Assembly (NCBI GenBank): GCA_040751795.1
Contig: JBFMHR010000001.1
Coordinates: forward strand, 288,001-352,000
Reading direction: 5' to 3'
DNA length: 64,000 nucleotides
Source of the DNA: Thermoplasmatota archaeon
GTDB lineage: Archaea; Thermoplasmatota; Thermoplasmata; UBA10834
Position numbers and translations under genes: made by a program. Of this stretch, positions 18,023-27,488 are shown piece after piece. The notes beneath the pieces were generated by a model, which ran no database searches, had not been told where the DNA came from, and saw only the letters and a program-made list of their open reading frames with translations. Positions within the stretch are counted from its first letter, which is position 1. Every line of letters begins with the position of its first letter.

Positions 18023-18913
18023 TCAGCCCTTCCAGCCGTGGTGGATCTTCGCGGCCTTGACCGTGTTCTTCATCAGCATCGTTATGGTCATCGGGCCGAC
18101 GCCGCCGGGGACCGGGGTTATCGCCTTGGCCTTCTCCTTGACGGACTCGAAGTCGACGTCTCCCACGAGGCGGCAGCCGCCCTTCGCGCTCGGGTCGTTG
18201 ATCCTGTTGACGCCCACGTCTATGACGACGACTCCCTCCCTCACCATGTCCGCCTTCACGAAGTTGGGCACGCCCATCGCCGCGATGAGGATGTCCGCCT
18301 GCCTCGAGAACTTGGGCAGGTCCTGCGTGCGCGAGTGGCATATGGTCACGGTCGCGTCGGCCCCCGCCGCCTTCTGGAGCAGTATGTTGGTGATGGGCTT
18401 GCCGACGATGTTGCTCCTGCCCAGGACGACGACGTGCTTGCCCTTGGGGTCGTTGCCGCTCCTCACGAGGAGCTCCTGTATCCCCGCCGGGGTGCATGGC
18501 AGATAGGACTCCGCCCCGACGACCATCCGTCCCACGTTCATCGGGTGGAAGCCGTCGACGTCCTTGCCGGGGTCGATCCTGAGCAGCACCTTCTCCTCGC
18601 TGATGTGCTTCGGGAGCGGGAGCTGGACGAGTATGCCGTCGAACCTCTTGTCCGCGTTGTACTTGTCTATCATCGAGAGGAGCTCCGCCTCCTTGGTGTC
18701 GGCCGGGAGGCGTATCGTCTCGGAGTGCAGCCCGAGCTCCTGGCACGCCTCGCCCTTCTTGCGGACGTACACCTGCGACGCGGGGTCCTCCCCGACTATG
18801 ATCACTACCAGGCCCGGCGTCACGCCGCCGGCCTTCATCCTGGAGACCTCCTCCTTGAGCTCGGCCCGGATGCTCTTCGCCACCTCGTTCCCGCTGATGA
18901 CCTGCGCAGACAT
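18023..18913 (-). CDS. folD: Methylene-THF dehydrogenase/cyclohydrolase
   Basis: YVRKK, GILVQLPLP, KDVDGFHP, PCTPAG, GRSNIVGKP, TPVPGGVGPMT. Confidence 0.96.
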   Translation of the reverse strand: MSAQVISGNEVAKSIRAELKEEVSRMKAGGVTPGLVVIIVGEDPASQVYVRKKGEACQELGLHSETIRLPADTKEAELLSMIDKYNADKRFDGILVQLPLPKHISEEKVLLRIDPGKDVDGFHPMNVGRMVVGAESYLPCTPAGIQELLVRSGNDPKGKHVVVLGRSNIVGKPITNILLQKAAGADATVTICHSRTQDLPKFSRQADILIAAMGVPNFVKADMVREGVVVIDVGVNRINDPSAKGGCRLVGDVDFESVKEKAKAITPVPGGVGPMTITMLMKNTVKAAKIHHGWKG

Positions 18914-19061
18914 TCCCAACGCCTCCTGAGACGGGATGCACGCGATTTACTTAAGGTTTCGCGGGCCGGGGACGCGGTCCGGCCTGGCGCGTCGGCGGCG
19001 CATCGGATTTCCGAAAGGCTTTATTACGCAGTCATTATACCCCCTTAAAAGGGGGCTCAAA

Positions 19062-20780
19062 ATGGCGATGAAGCCAGACATAGAGATTGCTCAGGAGGCG
19101 AAGGTACAGCATATCGAGAAGATCGCGGAGAAGGTAGGTCTCTCCCGCGACGACCTTGAATTCTACGGGAAGTACAAGGCCAAGGTCCCCCTCGAGGTGC
19201 TCAAGAAGTTCGACAAGAACAAGGATGGCAAGCTGATACTCGTCACTGCCATCACCGCCACGAAGGCGGGGGAGGGCAAAACCGTCACGTCCATCGGCCT
19301 GTGCCAGGGCATGGGCAAGCTGGGGAAGAAGGTCATGCTGTCCCTCAGGGAGCCGTCCCTGGGCCCGACCTTCGGGATCAAGGGCGGCGCGACCGGCGGA
19401 GGATACTCCCAGGTATACCCCATGTGGGACATCGACCTGCACTTCACCGGCGACATACACGCGGTCGGCACGGCGCACAACCTGCTGAGCGCGCTCGTCG
19501 AGAACCATGTCGCGAAGAAGAACCCGCTCAACATCGACCCGACCAAGATCGTCCTGGGCAAGGTCATGGACATGAACGCCAGGGAGCTGCGGCAGATCGT
19601 CGTCGGCCTCGGCGGAAGGTCCGAGGGCGGGGTCCCGCACGAGAGCAGGTTCGACATCACCGTCGCCAGCGAGATCATGGCCATCCTCGCGCTGGCCAAG
19701 GACCTCAAGGACCTCAGGGAGAGGCTCGGCAAGGTCGTCGTCGCGTACACCTACGACAACAAGCCGGTCTACGCGAGCCAGCTCAACGGCGTCGGCGCGA
19801 TGTGCCTCCTGCTCAAGGACGCCATCATGCCCAACCTCGTCCAGACGCTCGAGGGGCAGCCCGCGCTCATCCACGGCGCACCCTTCGCGAACATAGCCCA
19901 CGGGAACAGCTCGATCATCGCGACGAAGTACGCGCTGAAGATGGCCGACTACGTCATCACCGAGGGCGGCTTCGCGGCCGACCTGGGCGCCGAGAAGTTC
20001 TACGACATCGTCTGCAGGACCGGCGGCTTCAAGCCCGACTGCACCGTGCTCGTCGCGTCCATCAGGGCGCTCAAGATGCACGGGGGCATGACCGAGGAGG
20101 AGCTGAACGCGATCCTGAAGAAGCACGTCCCGACCAAGGAGGAGGAGAAGAAGCACCTCCAGTACCTGGAGAAGGGCTTCGCCAACCTCGACAAGCACAT
20201 CGAGAACATGAAGAAGTTCGGCGTGCCGACCGTGGTCGCCATCAACAGGTTCCCGACCGACACGGACGAGGAGCTCAAGCTGACGGCCGAGCACTGCAAG
20301 AAGGTCGGCGCCAGGTTCGCCAAGTCCGAGGTCTTCGCCAAGGGCGGCGAGGGCGGCGTCGAGCTGGGCAAGGCCGTGCTGGACTGCCTCGAGAAGGAGA
20401 AGGCCAACTTCAAGGTGCTCTACGAGGTCGACCTGCCCATCAAGAAGAAGATCGAGATCCTCGCCAAGGAGATATACGGCGCGGACGGCGTCGTCTACAC
20501 CGGCACCGCACCCGCGGACATCGCTGCAATCGAGAAGGCCGGGAACGACAAGCAGCCGCTCTGCATGGCCAAGACCCAGCACTCGCTGACGGACGACCCC
20601 GCGAAGAAGGGGGCCCCGAAGGGCTGGGTCCTGACGGTGAGGGAGGTCAGGCTGAGCAACGGGGCCGGCTTCATCGTGCCCCTGACGGGCAAGATGATGA
20701 CCATCCCGGGGCTGCCGACCGTGCCCGCGGCCGAGAGGATCAACATCGACGACAAGGGCTACATCACCGGCCTGAACTGA
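19062..20780 (+). CDS. fhs: Formate--tetrahydrofolate ligase
   Basis: YGKYKAK, AGEGKT, REPSLGP, KGGATGGGY, LHFTGD, PFANIAHG, CMAKTQ. Confidence 0.96.
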   Translation: MAMKPDIEIAQEAKVQHIEKIAEKVGLSRDDLEFYGKYKAKVPLEVLKKFDKNKDGKLILVTAITATKAGEGKTVTSIGLCQGMGKLGKKVMLSLREPSLGPTFGIKGGATGGGYSQVYPMWDIDLHFTGDIHAVGTAHNLLSALVENHVAKKNPLNIDPTKIVLGKVMDMNARELRQIVVGLGGRSEGGVPHESRFDITVASEIMAILALAKDLKDLRERLGKVVVAYTYDNKPVYASQLNGVGAMCLLLKDAIMPNLVQTLEGQPALIHGAPFANIAHGNSSIIATKYALKMADYVITEGGFAADLGAEKFYDIVCRTGGFKPDCTVLVASIRALKMHGGMTEEELNAILKKHVPTKEEEKKHLQYLEKGFANLDKHIENMKKFGVPTVVAINRFPTDTDEELKLTAEHCKKVGARFAKSEVFAKGGEGGVELGKAVLDCLEKEKANFKVLYEVDLPIKKKIEILAKEIYGADGVVYTGTAPADIAAIEKAGNDKQPLCMAKTQHSLTDDPAKKGAPKGWVLTVREVRLSNGAGFIVPLTGKMMTIPGLPTVPAAERINIDDKGYITGLN

Positions 20781-20794
20781 TCAGTCCAGGCGAT

Positions 20795-20835
20795 GGGGGC
20801 GGCGGTGCCGCCCCCGCCCGAAACCCTTTGACCGT
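20795..20835 (+). terminator. 9-bp hairpin plus GAAACCCTTT tract after fhs
   Basis: GGGGGCGGC-GGT-GCCGCCCCC followed by GAAACCCTTTGACCGT. Confidence 0.5.
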
Positions 20836-20906
20836 ATCACCCAGTGGCGGCCTCTTTCCGTCCGCTGGACCATGCCCTTCAGGCACAACCGGAAGGAGGG
20901 GGAAGC

Positions 20907-22145
20907 GTGACCAACGAAGTCCTCGTGATTGGAGGGGGGCCCGCCGGCCTCACGGCGGCGAAGGCCCTCGTTGACAGGGGAGCGAACGTCGTGCTCGTCG
21001 AAGGCTCCGAGTCGCTCGGCGGGATGGCCAGGGAGCTGACGTGCAAGGGCCTCGCCGAGTGCAGGGACTGCGGCGCGTGCTTCGCCATCGACAGGGCGGC
21101 CGAGGTGCTCAGGGAGCCGTCCGTCGAGGTGCTGCTCCTCTCCGAGGTCACGTCCGTGAAGGGCGGGGCCGGCTCCTACGAGGCCAGGATCAAGGTCTCC
21201 CCCAGGTACGTGACCGACGACTGCATCGGATGCGGCAGGTGCGTGGAGGCGTGCCCGGCCGAGGGCAAGGCTATATTCCCGCCCAAGGGCACCGGCCAGC
21301 CCAGGCTCCACTGGATCGACAGGCAGAGGTGCCTCCACTTCAGGAAGGGCGGGTGCGAGAAGTGCGCCGAGGTATGCCCGACGAAGGCCATCGACTTCGA
21401 CGACAGGGCGACGAACGTCACCAGGAAGGCGGGGTCCGTCGTCTACGCCACGGGGATGGAGCCCGTGGACGCCTGCGAGGTGAGGAGGCTCGGCTGCGGC
21501 ACCCTCCAGGACGTGGTGTCGAGCGTCGACGCCGAGAGGATGCTCAACGAGAGGGGGAGGCTGCACCGCCCCTCGGACGGCGCCGCCCCGAAGAAGGTGG
21601 CGGTGATGCAGTGCGTCGGCTCCAGGTCCGTGAAGAACGGCGTCGACTACTGCTCCAAGTTCTGCTGCAAGTACGCAACGAAGATCTCCCAGCTCATCAT
21701 GGACGCAGACCCGGAGGTCGCCCTGGACTTCTACTTCATGGACCTGAGGACGCTCTACGAGCCCCAGGACGACTTCAAGAGGTGGGCCAAGGACCGGAAG
21801 ACGGTCCGGCTCATCAGGAGCATGCCCGCGGTGGTGCAGCCAGGGAAGGACGGGAAGCTCGTGGTCAAGGCCGCGACCGAGACGGACACCGAGGTCCAGG
21901 AGAACGAGTACGACATGGTCCTCCTGTCCGTGGGGATGAGGCCCAAGGGGGCCTCGGACGAGCTCGCCAAGGCGCTGGGAATATCCACCGACGAGAGGGG
22001 GTTCGCCGAGGCCGGCCCCGGGCTGGCGGAGAAGGGTGTCCACGTCATCGGCGCCGTCTCGGCGCCCATGGACATAGAGGAGGCCGCGGTCAGGGCTCTG
22101 GCCGAGGCTTCCAGGGTGAGGCTCACGAAGGAGGTGGCGCGATGA
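20907..22145 (+). CDS. hdrA: HdrA-like flavoprotein (divergent; FAD core plus ferredoxin insert)
   Basis: VIGGGPAG, CIGCGRCVEACP, QCVGSR..YCSKFCC, YFMDLR. Confidence 0.85.
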   Translation: MTNEVLVIGGGPAGLTAAKALVDRGANVVLVEGSESLGGMARELTCKGLAECRDCGACFAIDRAAEVLREPSVEVLLLSEVTSVKGGAGSYEARIKVSPRYVTDDCIGCGRCVEACPAEGKAIFPPKGTGQPRLHWIDRQRCLHFRKGGCEKCAEVCPTKAIDFDDRATNVTRKAGSVVYATGMEPVDACEVRRLGCGTLQDVVSSVDAERMLNERGRLHRPSDGAAPKKVAVMQCVGSRSVKNGVDYCSKFCCKYATKISQLIMDADPEVALDFYFMDLRTLYEPQDDFKRWAKDRKTVRLIRSMPAVVQPGKDGKLVVKAATETDTEVQENEYDMVLLSVGMRPKGASDELAKALGISTDERGFAEAGPGLAEKGVHVIGAVSAPMDIEEAAVRALAEASRVRLTKEVAR

Positions 22146-23719
22146 AGGCCAGGATACAGGTCGTCGCCTGCAGGTGCTGCACCGAGATGCCGCCCCTGCT
22201 GGACATGTCGAGGCTCATGGGCGTCGCCTCGGAGAGGGAGCTGGTCGTGTCGTCCCTCCTGGTCGACCGCGTCTGCGACGGGAAGAGCATCAAGCAGGTG
22301 GTCGCGGAGGCGAAGGAGCGCGAGGTGGACAGGGCCATGATCCTCGCGTGCCAGAGGAAGGACGTGAACCCGGCGCTCCTGTCCGCGTACGTGAAGACGG
22401 GCGTCAACGAGTTCCTGGTCGAGTACGTGGACCTGAGGGACGAGGTCGTCCTGCCGCACCTGGGCGACGCGAAGAGGGCCCAGGCCAAGGCAGAGGCCAA
22501 GGTCCGCGCCGGGCTCGACAGGCTCACGATGCTCGCTCCCCTGGAGAAGGCCCGCGAGGAGATGAGGACGGCGAACGTCGTCGTCCTCGGCGGGGGCGCG
22601 TCGGGGCGCAGGGCGGCCGAGGTCGCGGCCGCGCAGGGCGCGCACACGGTCATAATAGAGAAGGGGGTCAAGGACTACAAGGCCCCGGGCGTCATCATGC
22701 CACACTCCACTCTGGCGGGAGCTAAGGGGTACGGGGGCAACTTCGTCCTCACCGTCAAGGCCGGCGAGAAGCTCGAGGAGCTGGAGTGCGCGGCGGTCGT
22801 CGTCGCCACCGGCGGAGGGTGGGCCGAGCTGAAGGGCCCCCTCGCCAAGGCGTGCAAGTCCGCGGTGCCGCTCTACAGGCTCCACGAGCAGATGGCCGCG
22901 GGCGGGGTGCCCAAGGGCCCGGTCGTCATAGTCGACACGCCGGACCCGGCGGGGAAGGGCCTCGCCGTGATGGACTTCGCGTGGGACGAGAGCCTCGAGC
23001 TCGCCTCCGAGGTCAAGAGGAGGGCGCCCCAGGAGGAGGTCTATGTCATATTCCAGGAGATGCGCGCGTTCGGCCTCTCAGAGCTCGCGTACAAGGACGC
23101 GGCCGAGCTGGGCGTCAGGTTCGTGAGGTACGACAGGTCGGGCGGGCCCAAGATAGATCCCAAGGAGCCGAGCAAGCTCACGGTCAAGGACCTCTCACAG
23201 GGAGAGGTCCTGTCCATACCGTTCGGCTCGCTCGCCTTCGCCGCGATCCCCGCCAACAGGGACAACGAGGGCATCGCGGACGCGCTGAGGATACCGATGT
23301 CCCCCGAGGGAGGCGTGAGGAGGGGGAGCATCCAGAGGTGGCCGGTGAGCACCCCCAGGCCGGGGGTGTTCGTCTGCGGCTCGGCGATGTTCCCGAAGTC
23401 GAGGGAGATGGCCGAGGCGGAGGGCGAGGCGGCTGGCCTCATGGCCGGCAGGTTCGCCATGCAGGGCGCGATAGAGTACGGGGGCGCCGTCGCCGAGGTC
23501 GCGCAGGAGAAGTGCTCCGCGTGCCTCACATGCGTCAGGACCTGCCCGTACGAGGCGCCCTACATCGGTGCGGCGGGCAAGATCGAGATCCGCGCCCAGG
23601 CGTGCCAGGGCTGCGGGATGTGCGTGGGCATCTGCCCCAGCAAGGCGCTGGAGCTCCGCGGGTCCACGGACGACCAGATCGCGCAGGAGACGCGGACCAT
23701 GCTCGGGGGTGACTTCTGA
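22142..23719 (+). CDS. Degenerate HdrA-like subunit with C-terminal ferredoxin
   Basis: ATGA overlap; VVACRCC, VLGGGASG, PGVFVCG, CSACLTCVRTCP, CQGCGMCVGICP. Confidence 0.75.
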   Translation: MKARIQVVACRCCTEMPPLLDMSRLMGVASERELVVSSLLVDRVCDGKSIKQVVAEAKEREVDRAMILACQRKDVNPALLSAYVKTGVNEFLVEYVDLRDEVVLPHLGDAKRAQAKAEAKVRAGLDRLTMLAPLEKAREEMRTANVVVLGGGASGRRAAEVAAAQGAHTVIIEKGVKDYKAPGVIMPHSTLAGAKGYGGNFVLTVKAGEKLEELECAAVVVATGGGWAELKGPLAKACKSAVPLYRLHEQMAAGGVPKGPVVIVDTPDPAGKGLAVMDFAWDESLELASEVKRRAPQEEVYVIFQEMRAFGLSELAYKDAAELGVRFVRYDRSGGPKIDPKEPSKLTVKDLSQGEVLSIPFGSLAFAAIPANRDNEGIADALRIPMSPEGGVRRGSIQRWPVSTPRPGVFVCGSAMFPKSREMAEAEGEAAGLMAGRFAMQGAIEYGGAVAEVAQEKCSACLTCVRTCPYEAPYIGAAGKIEIRAQACQGCGMCVGICPSKALELRGSTDDQIAQETRTMLGGDF

Positions 23720-24138
23720 TGTCCGAGAGGAGGCCGAAGGTCGTCGGGTTCTGCTGCGAGAGGCACGGGCTGGACGCGGCCGTGCTCGCCGCGAGGTCCG
23801 GCAAGGGCTGCGACGCCGGCGTGAGGATCATCAAGGTGCCGTGCAGCGGCAGGGTCGACGGGCTGCACATACTGCAGGCTCTCGAGGACGGCGCGGACGC
23901 AGTGTTCGTCCTGGGCTGCCTCGAGAAGAACTGCCACTACGACACCGGCTCGATCGAGGGGAGGAAGCGCGTCGAGTACGTGAAGTCCACACTCGAGGGG
24001 CTGGGCATCGAAAAGGAGAGGGTCGAGATGTTCAACGCCTCCTCCACGATGGCCTGGCGGTTCCCGGAGATCGTGTCCAGGATGGTCGAGGTCGCCAAGC
24101 GCCTCGGCCCGATAGGCAAGGGGGGCGGTGACCGATGA
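23719..24138 (+). CDS. mvhD: MvhD-like [2Fe-2S] protein
   Basis: GFCCERH, KVPCSGRVD, GADAVFVLGC..NCHY, LGIEKERVEM. Confidence 0.85.
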   Translation: MSERRPKVVGFCCERHGLDAAVLAARSGKGCDAGVRIIKVPCSGRVDGLHILQALEDGADAVFVLGCLEKNCHYDTGSIEGRKRVEYVKSTLEGLGIEKERVEMFNASSTMAWRFPEIVSRMVEVAKRLGPIGKGGGDR

Positions 24139-24839
24139 TAGTCGCGAAGAGGAAGCCGATGGCGGAGATAGCCGAGATGGTCGCCCCGTACAAGAGGGTC
24201 AAGGTCATAGGCTGCAGGAGCTGCGTCGCGATATGCCTCGCCGGGGGCGAGAAGGAGGTCAAGGCGCTCGCGTCCGCCCTCAGGCTCAAGGCCAGGAAGG
24301 AGGGCAGGAGGCAGGAGTTCGAGGGCCTCGTCGTCGAGAGGCAGTGCGAGAAGGAGTGGGTCAAGGAGGTCGAGGACAAGGTGATGGACTCCGACCTCGT
24401 CCTCTCGATGGCCTGCTCGCTCGGCGCCCAGACCATCGGCGACATGTACCCCAAGAAGCTCGTCTTCCCCGCCCTGAACACCGGCATATTCGGGGTCCCC
24501 GAGGAGCAGGGCGTCTGGTCGGAGAAGTGCGTCGGCTGCGGCAACTGCGTCATACACACCACCGGCGGCATCTGCCCGATAGCCAGGTGCGCCAAGAGCA
24601 TGCTCAACGGGCCGTGCGGCGGCTCCTCGAACGGCAAGTGCGAGGTCAACCTCGAGGTCGACTGCGCGTGGTACGCGATACACGAGAGGCTGAAGCTGCA
24701 GAACAGGCTGGAGCTGATCGAGCAGGTCTCGCCCCCGAAGGACTGGTCCACCAGCCACTCGGGCGGGAGGAGGGTCTACGTCCGCGAGGACGCTAGGCTG
24801 ACGCAGCACCAGAAGAAGGGCAGGGAGGCGGTGAGATGA
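24135..24839 (+). CDS. metV: Methylene-THF reductase Fe-S/Zn subunit MetV
   Basis: GCRSCVAICLAGG, RQC, EKCVGCGNC...GGICPIARCAKSMLNGPCGGS..GKCE...CAW. Confidence 0.9.
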   Translation: MIVAKRKPMAEIAEMVAPYKRVKVIGCRSCVAICLAGGEKEVKALASALRLKARKEGRRQEFEGLVVERQCEKEWVKEVEDKVMDSDLVLSMACSLGAQTIGDMYPKKLVFPALNTGIFGVPEEQGVWSEKCVGCGNCVIHTTGGICPIARCAKSMLNGPCGGSSNGKCEVNLEVDCAWYAIHERLKLQNRLELIEQVSPPKDWSTSHSGGRRVYVREDARLTQHQKKGREAVR

Positions 24840-25756
24840 AGGCGGGCAGCAACCTCGAGAAGGTATTCGAGTCGGGCAGGTTCGCCGTCACCGCGGAGAT
24901 AGGACCGCCCCAGTCAGCCAACCCCGACCCGCTCGTCCACCACGCCAAGATGCTCAGGGGAGCGGCCGATGCGTTCAACCTCACAGACAACCAGACCGCG
25001 GTCGTCAGGCTCTCCAGCATCGCGAGCGCGGTGCTCATAATGAGGGAGGGCATCGAGCCCGTCATACAGATGACCTGCAGGGACAGGAACAGGATCGCGC
25101 TGCAGAGCGACCTCCTCGGCGCGAGCGCGCTCGGGATCAGGAACGTGCTCTGCCTCACCGGCGACCACCAGACCTTCGGGAACGAGAAGGGGGCGAAGAG
25201 CGTCTTCGACTTCGACTCGATATCCGAGCTCCAGGTCTTCGACAGGCTGAGGCGCGAGGGGAAGCAGCCCGGGGGCCAGGAGATCAAGGACCCGCCGAAG
25301 GTGTACCTCGGCTGCGCCGAGAACCCCTTCGCCACCCCCTACGAGTGGAGGGCGGCCAGGCTCGCCAAGAAGGTGGCGGCCGGCGCCGACTTCGTCCAGA
25401 CCCAGGCCATATTCGACATGGACATGTTCGAGAAGTGGATGGACGAGGTGAGGGCGAGGGGCCTCGACAAGAAGGTGCACATCCTCGCAGGGGTCATACC
25501 GATGAAGACCGCGGGCGCCGCCAGGTACATGAAAAACAAGGTGCCCGGGATGATAGTCCCCAACCACATCATAGACAGGATGAAGAACGCGAAGGACGCC
25601 AAGGAGGAGGGGATCAGGCTCTGCATCGAGCAGATCGAGACCCTCAAGAACATCAAGGGCGTCCACGGCGTGCACATCATGGCGGTGATGTGGGAGGAGA
25701 TGGTCCCGAGGATAGTCCAGGAGGCCGGGCTGATGCCCAGGCCCTCCTTCGAGTGA
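24836..25756 (+). CDS. metF: Methylenetetrahydrofolate reductase
   Basis: TAEIGPP, NLTDN, QMTCRDRNRIALQSDLLGA, LTGD, KKVAAGADFVQTQ. Confidence 0.93.
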   Translation: MKAGSNLEKVFESGRFAVTAEIGPPQSANPDPLVHHAKMLRGAADAFNLTDNQTAVVRLSSIASAVLIMREGIEPVIQMTCRDRNRIALQSDLLGASALGIRNVLCLTGDHQTFGNEKGAKSVFDFDSISELQVFDRLRREGKQPGGQEIKDPPKVYLGCAENPFATPYEWRAARLAKKVAAGADFVQTQAIFDMDMFEKWMDEVRARGLDKKVHILAGVIPMKTAGAARYMKNKVPGMIVPNHIIDRMKNAKDAKEEGIRLCIEQIETLKNIKGVHGVHIMAVMWEEMVPRIVQEAGLMPRPSFE

Positions 25757-25768
25757 GAGGACGGAACG

Positions 25769-27433
25769 ATGGCCTCGGCGGAGTTCGGAGCGCTCAACGA
25801 CGCGATGGTCAGGGAGCTCTTCAGGCTGAACCCTGACGCCGGCACGAGGTTCGGGCTCCACGACCCCTACGACGGGATGCTGCCCCACGGCGGGTTCCGG
25901 CGCCTCGAGAAGACGGCCGACCTCTTCACCGAATGGCTGAGGAGGGCGGAGAAGGCCGCCTCGTCCGAGGAGCTCGACTTCGATGAGAGGACCTCGATGG
26001 AGGTCCTCAGGATGACCGAGGGACTGGTCAGGTTCGCGAGGGACGACTACCCCCTCTGGCAGATCTACCCCGAGGCGACGGAGGTCCCCGGGGCCGCGCT
26101 GCTCCTGATGCTCGCGAGGGACTACGCGACCCCCGGCGAGAAGGCGGCGTGGGTCTCGTCCAGGATCGGGGAGGTCCCGCGCTACCTGGAGGAGTACAGG
26201 ACCAGGTTCAGGCCCGGCAGGCCCGCGAAGGAGTGGGCGTCCATGGCGGCCGAGGCCGCCAAGGGCTTCCCGCAGTTCCTCGAGTACCTGGGGAAGCACT
26301 ACGCAGGCGACGCCGCTGGGCGCGTCGGGGCCGAGCTCTCGAAGAACGTGGCCCGGGCCGTCGAGGCCATGGACGAGCACCTGGAGTGGGTCGTGAGCCT
26401 CGAGGAGCACGCCTCTCCAGGGTTCGCGATGGGACCCGAAAGGCTCGGGAAGCTCCTAAGGCTGAGGGGGTTCGGGTCCACGCCCGAGCAGGTCCTGGCG
26501 TTCGGGGAGTCCTCGCTCAGGCAGCTCAAGGCCGAGAGGGACCGCGTCGGCTCCGAGATGGCGCGGGGAGGGCCGCTGGAGGACGCCGTGGAGGTGATAC
26601 GGTCCGACTCCCCGCCCGACTTCGACGCGGCGTTCGCGGAGACCAGGGCGGAGGTCGAGAGGGCCAAGAGGTTCGTCATCGACAACGACATCGCGACCCT
26701 CGACTACGACGCGCGGCTCCACGTGCTCGAGACACCCAGCTTCATGGCCAGCACGGTCACCTCGGCCGCGCTCGAGATGGCGGCGCCGTTCGAGGAGAGG
26801 CAGCAGGGCGTGCTGATGCTCACGAGGGTCTCCGGGGAGGCGCTAAGGGACCAGTACTCCAGGGCGTCGATAGGCAACCTGGCGGTGCACGAGGCGTTCC
26901 CGGGCCACTTCCACCAGGGGGTCATGTCCAACCGGATGCCGTGGATGCACCAGCTCTCTCTGATGCCCATCGAGCCGGACACCATGGTCCCCTCCTGGGA
27001 GACACAGGAGGGGTGGGGGATGTACTGCGAGAAGATGATGCTGGACCGCGGGTTCAGGACCTCCCCCTCTGACACCCACGCGATGCTCGACTACGCCATA
27101 TGGAGGGCATGCAGGATCGTCTACGACGTCAAGCTCGCGAGGGGCGACGCGACCGTGGACGAGATGGTCCGGATGTTCGAGAGGGAGACAGGCTCGCCGC
27201 ACGACGTCGTGAGGGCGGAGGTCCTCGGCTTCTCAAGGAACCCCGGCTACGGGCTATCGTACCTCACGGGCCGGCAGATGGTCTTCGACCTGAAGAGGGA
27301 CCTGGTCGGGGAGCTCGGGGGCTCCTTCAGCGAGAAGCGGTTCCACGACCTCGTGGCCCTCAACGGCAACCTGCCCTTCCACCTTGCGGGCAGGGCGGTC
27401 AGGCGCGGGTTCGGGCTGGCCGCGGGCGCCTGA
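25769..27433 (+). CDS. DUF885 family putative metallopeptidase (copy 1)
   Basis: HEAFPGHFHQ, EGWGMYCE, WRACRIVYD, PGYGLSY, FHDLV. Confidence 0.85.
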   Translation: MASAEFGALNDAMVRELFRLNPDAGTRFGLHDPYDGMLPHGGFRRLEKTADLFTEWLRRAEKAASSEELDFDERTSMEVLRMTEGLVRFARDDYPLWQIYPEATEVPGAALLLMLARDYATPGEKAAWVSSRIGEVPRYLEEYRTRFRPGRPAKEWASMAAEAAKGFPQFLEYLGKHYAGDAAGRVGAELSKNVARAVEAMDEHLEWVVSLEEHASPGFAMGPERLGKLLRLRGFGSTPEQVLAFGESSLRQLKAERDRVGSEMARGGPLEDAVEVIRSDSPPDFDAAFAETRAEVERAKRFVIDNDIATLDYDARLHVLETPSFMASTVTSAALEMAAPFEERQQGVLMLTRVSGEALRDQYSRASIGNLAVHEAFPGHFHQGVMSNRMPWMHQLSLMPIEPDTMVPSWETQEGWGMYCEKMMLDRGFRTSPSDTHAMLDYAIWRACRIVYDVKLARGDATVDEMVRMFERETGSPHDVVRAEVLGFSRNPGYGLSYLTGRQMVFDLKRDLVGELGGSFSEKRFHDLVALNGNLPFHLAGRAVRRGFGLAAGA

Positions 27434-27488
27434 AGGCGTCGTCGCAAACATCATGCACCCCTACCGCATGTCCCGTCACGGTGTTCGC

